Origin: Candidatus Cloacimonadales bacterium
GTDB lineage: Bacteria; Cloacimonadota; Cloacimonadia; Cloacimonadales; JAFGVF01
Direction: 5' to 3'
Assembly: GCA_963667035.1 (NCBI GenBank)
Contig: OY762964.1
Coordinates: 1,760,001-1,824,000 of the forward strand
Length of the DNA: 64,000 nucleotides
The notes beneath the pieces are model-generated. The model was not told where the DNA came from. It worked only from the letters and a program-made list of their open reading frames with translations, and made no database searches. This document shows positions 58,420 to 64,000 of this stretch, one piece after another (the first letter of the stretch is position 1; each line of letters starts with the position of its first letter). A program made the translations under genes and the position numbers.

Positions 58420-59334
58420 ATGGACTTAACTTGGAGAGATTACGAAAAACTTGTATCTAAGCTGGAAAAATCGCTATTTCCATTGGGTGCAACAGTTAAA
58501 TCACCTGACTATATCAAAGACACTGTCACGAATATTAATAGGGAAGTTGATGGCTCAATTAGATATAAGGTTGGTACGGAAGAAATACTTGTAACTATTG
58601 AATGTAGAAATCGGAATAATAGACAGTGTATATCCTGGATAGAACAATTAGTTACAAAAAAAAGAAGTATAAATGCAAACAAGACTATAGCAGTGTCTGT
58701 AAAAGGCTTTTCTTTAGCAGCAAAAGAATTAGCAAAAAAAAATGATATCATTTTAAAAACACTCGATGAAATTGACCCTGCAAGTGTTCTTGAATGGCTT
58801 ATCCCAAACTCAATTGTAAATCTGTTTAGGCAAATATCTCTTATATCACTTATTGTTACTTATTTTGATAATAAGATGAAGAAAATAACAACTATCAAAA
58901 CACAAAACGAAACATGCTTGAGAGATAATAATGGATTTACAATCAATATACTTAGTTTAATGAGATCTGCAGAAATTTATTTATCAAATCACTGTCCGGA
59001 AATGTTATTTTCTCCGAAGCTTGATGGTAGCTCAAGTTCCATTTTATCATTATCTCAGCCATTAGACAATAATAAGTTATATTTAAAAATAAAAAATAAA
59101 AGTTACCGAGTTTCACACATTAAACTTAAAGTTAAAATATGCTACTTACACACAATAACTGATATTGAATCGGGGAAAAACTATATATACTTTAGTGATA
59201 AGAACTGTTTTCAAGTAACAGAGAGCGAATCATCGAATAGCGATATCCCATTCATATTTAGACACATGGTCGACATAAATACTAAAGAAATGCTTCATTC
59301 CATTGAACTTTCAACGAAGCAAAATAAGTATTAA
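58420..59334 (+). CDS. Mrr-like PD-(D/E)XK restriction endonuclease with uncharacterised C-terminal domain
   Basis: W..YE.LV, REVD, IECR, VS.KGFS..A...A motifs of Mrr_cat-type domains. Confidence 0.75.
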   Translation: MDLTWRDYEKLVSKLEKSLFPLGATVKSPDYIKDTVTNINREVDGSIRYKVGTEEILVTIECRNRNNRQCISWIEQLVTKKRSINANKTIAVSVKGFSLAAKELAKKNDIILKTLDEIDPASVLEWLIPNSIVNLFRQISLISLIVTYFDNKMKKITTIKTQNETCLRDNNGFTINILSLMRSAEIYLSNHCPEMLFSPKLDGSSSSILSLSQPLDNNKLYLKIKNKSYRVSHIKLKVKICYLHTITDIESGKNYIYFSDKNCFQVTESESSNSDIPFIFRHMVDINTKEMLHSIELSTKQNKY

Positions 59335-59530
59335 GGACTTCAATTGGTCTCAGGAATTATTCAGCCAAATACAATCAAAACCAAGAGAAATTTCCTATTT
59401 AGAGATAAAAAATGCTGTTGAAGTACACTAATGTCCATTACAATTGAAGTAAAATCGTTACTTTTGGATTGACAAGAAGTGAGAGATAGAATTTCTTGGA
59501 GAAAATTTATTATAAAGCGGGGTGAGAAGG

Positions 59531-59737
59531 TTGCCAACAGTAAGAGCTAGAGATAATGAGTCTTTCGATATATTGCTTAAACGTTTCAAGAAAAAATGTG
59601 AACGTGCTGCTATATTGTCTGACATCAAGAAACACCAGGCTTATGAAAAGCCAAGTGTTGTCAGAAAGCGTGAACGTAATGTTGCTCGTCGTAAGATGAT
59701 TAAAGCAATGCGCAAAATGAACCGGTATAATAAGTAA
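59531..59737 (+). CDS. rpsU: 30S ribosomal protein S21
   Basis: ESFDILLKRFKK...YEKPSV.RKR; probable TTG start at 59531. Confidence 0.95.
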   Translation: MPTVRARDNESFDILLKRFKKKCERAAILSDIKKHQAYEKPSVVRKRERNVARRKMIKAMRKMNRYNK

Positions 59738-60177
59738 TGATTAATCGAATTGCAGAAGAAATTAAGATGGCAATGAGAGCCAAAGACCAAGCAAGATTAT
59801 TGGTTTTACGCTCTATCAAAACAGCCCTGATGAATCTGAAAGTAGAGCTTATGCGTGAGCCTACAGATGAAGAATCTTTAGATATAGTATTCAAAGCTGT
59901 AAAATCACGTGAACAAGCAATAGAGCTTTATGAGCAAGCAGGTCGTACTGATTTAGCTGATAAAGAAAAAGCAGAGATAGAAATTGTACAAGAATTTCTA
60001 CCCAAAATGCTTACTGAAGATGAATTAAAAGCTGAAGTCAATCAGGCATGTGATGAGTTGGAAGCGACTTCCATGAAAGACATGGGAAAAGTCATGAAAT
60101 ACTTGAACGACAAACTTGGTAAAAGAGCTGATGGTAAAACCATGAGCGGGTTTGTTCGAGCAAGGCTAGCAAATTAG
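59737..60177 (+). CDS. yqeY: GatB/YqeY domain protein
   Basis: AMRAKD, AGRTDL...E..E...FLP, KDMGKVM, ADGK. Confidence 0.92.
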   Translation: MINRIAEEIKMAMRAKDQARLLVLRSIKTALMNLKVELMREPTDEESLDIVFKAVKSREQAIELYEQAGRTDLADKEKAEIEIVQEFLPKMLTEDELKAEVNQACDELEATSMKDMGKVMKYLNDKLGKRADGKTMSGFVRARLAN

Positions 60178-60193
60178 TGCCTATTAAATAATT

Positions 60194-60218
60194 TGGGGGA
60201 AGCAATTCCCCCTTTTTT
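60194..60218 (+). terminator. Intrinsic terminator/attenuator after yqeY
   Basis: GGGGGAA-GCAA-TTCCCCC-TTTTTTT. Confidence 0.8.
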
Positions 60219-60233
60219 AATTTGGAGGGAATC

Positions 60234-60752
60234 ATGAGAATCCTAGATATAGTGTTATACATAATAATGGCAGTAATCACTTTTTATGGCTGGAGGAAAG
60301 GTTTCTTAGCCTCTCTTCTTCAACTTGCCGGAGTTATTGCAGCTTTTCTGTTAGCCGGTAAATACGCCCCACTATTCCAGAATGCCTTAGTTAACAATTT
60401 CGGTATAGGTCCGGGAATCTCAATGTTCTTAGCATATCTGCTTGTGATAATCATCATCCTGCTGATTATTCAAGTTATCAGACTACTATTGGAGAGCTTG
60501 GTGAAAGCTCTTAATCTGACTATTGTGAACAGAATACTAGGAGCTATGTTTGCTTTCATTAACGGTACTTTACTCTTTGTTGTAATACTGACATTTATAG
60601 AGATTTCTCCGATTAGAGATTCTTTCGTTGAGAAAACAGCTAACTCTAAATTCATAACTGCAACCAGAAATGTAAAGACCGAATTACTACAGATTATTAA
60701 TAAAAATGATATTAGGTTTATCTACAAAAACGATGATACTCAAAGCATTTAA
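60234..60752 (+). CDS. cvpA: CvpA family membrane protein
   Basis: LDI...G.RKGF, NRILGA; conserved position before mutS2. Confidence 0.85.
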   Translation: MRILDIVLYIIMAVITFYGWRKGFLASLLQLAGVIAAFLLAGKYAPLFQNALVNNFGIGPGISMFLAYLLVIIIILLIIQVIRLLLESLVKALNLTIVNRILGAMFAFINGTLLFVVILTFIEISPIRDSFVEKTANSKFITATRNVKTELLQIINKNDIRFIYKNDDTQSI

Positions 60753-63100
60753 TGGATTATATTAAACAACTTGAATACGATAAGATAAAAGAAATTCTGG
60801 CTAATGCATGCCAAAGTCAACCCGGTAGAGAAATTGCTTTAAAACTAAGACCGGAAAAAAGTAAACAATATGCTGTTTTAAAACTTCAAAGAGCACAAGA
60901 AACAATGGAATTGCTATCCTATGGTCATAGTGTTAATTTTGAAGAGTTAACTGTTATTGACTATATCTTTGAAGAACCTTTCCATGGAGTACTAAACTAT
61001 GAGGAGTTCAAAGATATTTGCAGTAATATTGTTATTGCCAATATACTGAAAAGTAAAGAGAAAGAGTTTGAACCTTATGAGCTGACTTCATCAAGAATAC
61101 GCAAAGTAATTGGTCTTCCCCACTTGGAAGAAAAGTTTAAAAAGACATTCTCACCCGAAGGCGAGATTCTTGATACGGCTTCAAGCAATCTTAGAAGTAT
61201 TCGTAAAAATAAACAGAAAACCAGAAACGACATAATGAAGATTCTCAATTTCAAACTGAATGACTCAAGTTCTCAGAAATTCATTCAGGAGAAAATAATT
61301 ACTCAAAGAGACGACCGTTATGTTATTCCTGTTAAAGAGAGTTCCGCTCCCTTTGTTAAAGGGATTGTTCAAGGCAGATCTACCAGTAAATCCTCTGTAT
61401 ATGTTGAACCGGAAGAAGTCGTCGGAAGTAATAATACTCTACGACTACTCTCGGAACAAGAGAAGCAGGAAATATATAAAATACTTAAACAGTTTACCGA
61501 GGATATTCTTCAGGTTAAAGAATCAATTCTTGAAAATACAAAGCTGTTAGCTGAATTTGATTATTACTTTGCTATTGCCGGATATGCTAAGAGATTTAAG
61601 GCAGAAGTTCCCAAGCTTGTGGATGAACCTAAATTAAAGTTGATTCATGCCAGACACCCCCTTTTAATACATAAGTTTAAGAGCATTGAGAAAGTGATAC
61701 CTTTTGACCTTGAACTGGGAAGCGACTTCAATCTGTTAATTCTTTCAGGACCAAATACAGGCGGTAAAACCATCACAATGAAAGCCGTCGGACTATTGAC
61801 TATGATGGCATTATCAGGATTACCTATCCCTGCTTACGAGGAAAGTGAGATTGGACTCTTTAAAGCTTTCTATACTGACATAGGCGATGGACAATCATTA
61901 GAAGATTCTTTGAGTACCTTTTCTTCTCATATAGCCAACATAAAATTCATGCTGGAGAAAGCTAGAAGTAAATCGTTAGTCTTAATTGACGAGATTGGTG
62001 CAGCAACCGATCCGGAACAGGGTTCAGCAATCGCACAGGCTGTCCTTGAAACTTTAGCAAAGAAGAATGTGAAAGGAATTATAACTACTCACTATACAGC
62101 TCTTAAAGTATTTGCCGAACAATCCGATTTGTGTATGAATGCATCAATGCAATTTGATGCAAAGAAACATACTCCGACATATAAGTTTGTTCCCGGACTA
62201 CCCGGAGACAGTTTTGCAATTGAAGTTGCCGAGAATCTCGGTATGAAGAAAGATTTCATTGAAAGAGCTAAGCACCTGGCTGGTACTCAAAACATAGAGT
62301 TTACTGAAATCCTCAGTAAATTGGAAGAGCAGAAGAAGCTACATGCAAGACAGAAGTATGAATTTGAGCTAAAAACCCGACTTCATGAGAAGAAGATAAA
62401 AGAGCTCAATGACAAAATTGGTCAAATCGAAGAAGAGAAAGCCGTTATAAGAAAGAAAGCTCTGAAAGATGCCAGAGATTACCTGACAACAATGCAGAAA
62501 GAGCTTAATAATGATTTATCTGAGATAAGAAAACTTGATAAACAGGAAAGAAGACAGAGAAGTAAGCTGTCTTTGAATAAAGTTGTGAAGCTTCAGAAAA
62601 TTGTTAAAGAAGAGTTTGATGAGATAGACCCTCAAGGTAGAGGAAGAATAAAGAATCCTGAAGTTGGGCAAAGAGTATGGCTAGCTAATTTTGAGACTGA
62701 AGCCAGAGTTACAGAAGTAAAAAACAATAAAGTTATTGTTGACATGGATGGAATTGCCTTCACTACTGAAATAGGAAATTTATACACACCGAACATTCAA
62801 GCTGATCCGAAGAAAACAGAAGCATTAGTGCGACAACCCGATACTAGTGAGAAAAGCTTTAAAACTGAATTAAAGCTATTGGGATTAACTTTTGCCGATG
62901 CACAACCGTTGATTGATGAGTTTATCGATAATGCTGTACTTGGGGGATTAAACAAATTGAGAATAGTTCATGGGAAAGGAACAGGAGTCTTAAGGAACAA
63001 AGTTAGATACTATCTGAAAAGAATGAAGCAAGTAAAGTCTATTCATACACCTACAGCAGATGTAGGCGGAGATGGAGTCACTATTGTGGTATTAAAATAA
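60752..63100 (+). CDS. mutS2: Endonuclease MutS2
   Basis: GPNTGGKT, SLSTFSSH, DEIGAATDP.QG, C-terminal Smr domain (IVHGKGTGVLR, GGDGVT). Confidence 0.95.
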   Translation: MDYIKQLEYDKIKEILANACQSQPGREIALKLRPEKSKQYAVLKLQRAQETMELLSYGHSVNFEELTVIDYIFEEPFHGVLNYEEFKDICSNIVIANILKSKEKEFEPYELTSSRIRKVIGLPHLEEKFKKTFSPEGEILDTASSNLRSIRKNKQKTRNDIMKILNFKLNDSSSQKFIQEKIITQRDDRYVIPVKESSAPFVKGIVQGRSTSKSSVYVEPEEVVGSNNTLRLLSEQEKQEIYKILKQFTEDILQVKESILENTKLLAEFDYYFAIAGYAKRFKAEVPKLVDEPKLKLIHARHPLLIHKFKSIEKVIPFDLELGSDFNLLILSGPNTGGKTITMKAVGLLTMMALSGLPIPAYEESEIGLFKAFYTDIGDGQSLEDSLSTFSSHIANIKFMLEKARSKSLVLIDEIGAATDPEQGSAIAQAVLETLAKKNVKGIITTHYTALKVFAEQSDLCMNASMQFDAKKHTPTYKFVPGLPGDSFAIEVAENLGMKKDFIERAKHLAGTQNIEFTEILSKLEEQKKLHARQKYEFELKTRLHEKKIKELNDKIGQIEEEKAVIRKKALKDARDYLTTMQKELNNDLSEIRKLDKQERRQRSKLSLNKVVKLQKIVKEEFDEIDPQGRGRIKNPEVGQRVWLANFETEARVTEVKNNKVIVDMDGIAFTTEIGNLYTPNIQADPKKTEALVRQPDTSEKSFKTELKLLGLTFADAQPLIDEFIDNAVLGGLNKLRIVHGKGTGVLRNKVRYYLKRMKQVKSIHTPTADVGGDGVTIVVLK

Positions 63101-64000
63101 TGGAACATTCACTTATTGAAGAGATAAGACAAGCAAATAATATTGTTGATGTTATCTCAAGCTACATTCCAATCAAGAGAAGTGGAAGCAGTTTCAAAGC
63201 TTTATGTCCTTTTCATGATGATAAACACCCCTCTATGATGATTAGCCCTCAGAAGCAGATATTTAAGTGTTTCGTATGTGGAAAGGGAGGTAATGTCTTT
63301 ACTTTTGTTCAAGAGTACGAACATATCTCTTTCATTGAAGCTGTTCACAAGCTAGCCGAAAGAGTCGGTATTACTATAGAGGAAACCAAACAAACTAAAG
63401 TAGTAAGAACTCGCAACCAATTGTTATTGGAGGCTTATGACGAGACTAAGAGCTATTTCAAGGATAATCTGAGTAACTTTGGAGATTCTGTAACAGAGTA
63501 TTTGATTAATCGCGGAATCGAAAAAGATGTGATAGATAATTTCGACATTGGTTATTCTTTGAATAGTTTTAACGGGTTAAAGAATCATCTTTTAAAAAAG
63601 CATTTTGGAACTGATATTTTGAAAGAATCCGGACTATTCGGATTTAATCAGAATGGTGCATTTGACCTCTTTAGAGAAAGACTGATGTTCCCTATTCACT
63701 CTTCAAGTGGTAAAGTTGTTGCTTTTGGTGGCAGAAAACTCAGTGAAGACCAACCCGGAGGCAAGTACATTAATTCACCCACTACCCCTTTATACACAAA
63801 GGGTAAAGAGTTATACGGATTCTTCTTAACCAAATTCGAAATCAATAAGCTTGACTATGCTATCGTTTGCGAAGGCTACATGGACTTTCTAAGATTATAC
63901 AGTTCAGGCTTTAAGAATTGTGTCGCATCATTAGGAACCGCACTAACGGAAGAGCAACTGAAACTATTAAAACAGTTCTCTAGTAGAATATTTCTAGCGT
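63100..64000 (+). CDS. dnaG: DNA primase, 3'-truncated by the window edge (absent from the ORF track)
   Basis: ATG 63100: MEHSLIEEIRQANNIVDVI...CPFHDDKHPS...FKCFVCGKGG (CHC2 zinc finger), RLMFPI, FGGR, KYINSP, EGYMD, SLGTALT. Confidence 0.96.
   Translation, partial: MEHSLIEEIRQANNIVDVISSYIPIKRSGSSFKALCPFHDDKHPSMMISPQKQIFKCFVCGKGGNVFTFVQEYEHISFIEAVHKLAERVGITIEETKQTKVVRTRNQLLLEAYDETKSYFKDNLSNFGDSVTEYLINRGIEKDVIDNFDIGYSLNSFNGLKNHLLKKHFGTDILKESGLFGFNQNGAFDLFRERLMFPIHSSSGKVVAFGGRKLSEDQPGGKYINSPTTPLYTKGKELYGFFLTKFEINKLDYAIVCEGYMDFLRLYSSGFKNCVASLGTALTEEQLKLLKQFSSRIFLA

Overview
AT-rich bacterial chromosome segment. The many secreted proteins with PNPFNP/FlgD-Ig (T9SS type-A-like) C-termini, the LPS/Lpt/Lol genes, the Hnd-type modules and the tRNA-Sec shape suggest an anaerobic diderm, probably Candidatus Cloacimonadota (inference, not verified). 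Most of the window is housekeeping: rpsT, the xseB-ispA-dut-nadA-pgsA operon, rsmI, HU, trpS, secG-tRNA-Leu-lptD-gmhB-lolE, glycosyltransferases, rsmG-parA-parB, hndA/B/C-like genes and rpsU-yqeY-cvpA-mutS2-dnaG. Two accessory patches (about 19.9-26.3 kb and 55.1-59.4 kb) share families of structured repeats: modular REP-like hairpins and a bipartite element that folds into a Y shape and carries an inverted DnaA-box pair. These patches also hold tandem secreted-protein genes, an orphan 3-repeat CRISPR array, IS256/IS3 remnants and an Mrr-like nuclease. Notable oddities are a tRNA-Leu with anticodon AAG, a 7/5-fold tRNA-Sec, a cysteine-free HndB-like ferredoxin, and an Hnd cluster with no catalytic subunit. 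All calls come from manual reading; no database searches were run.
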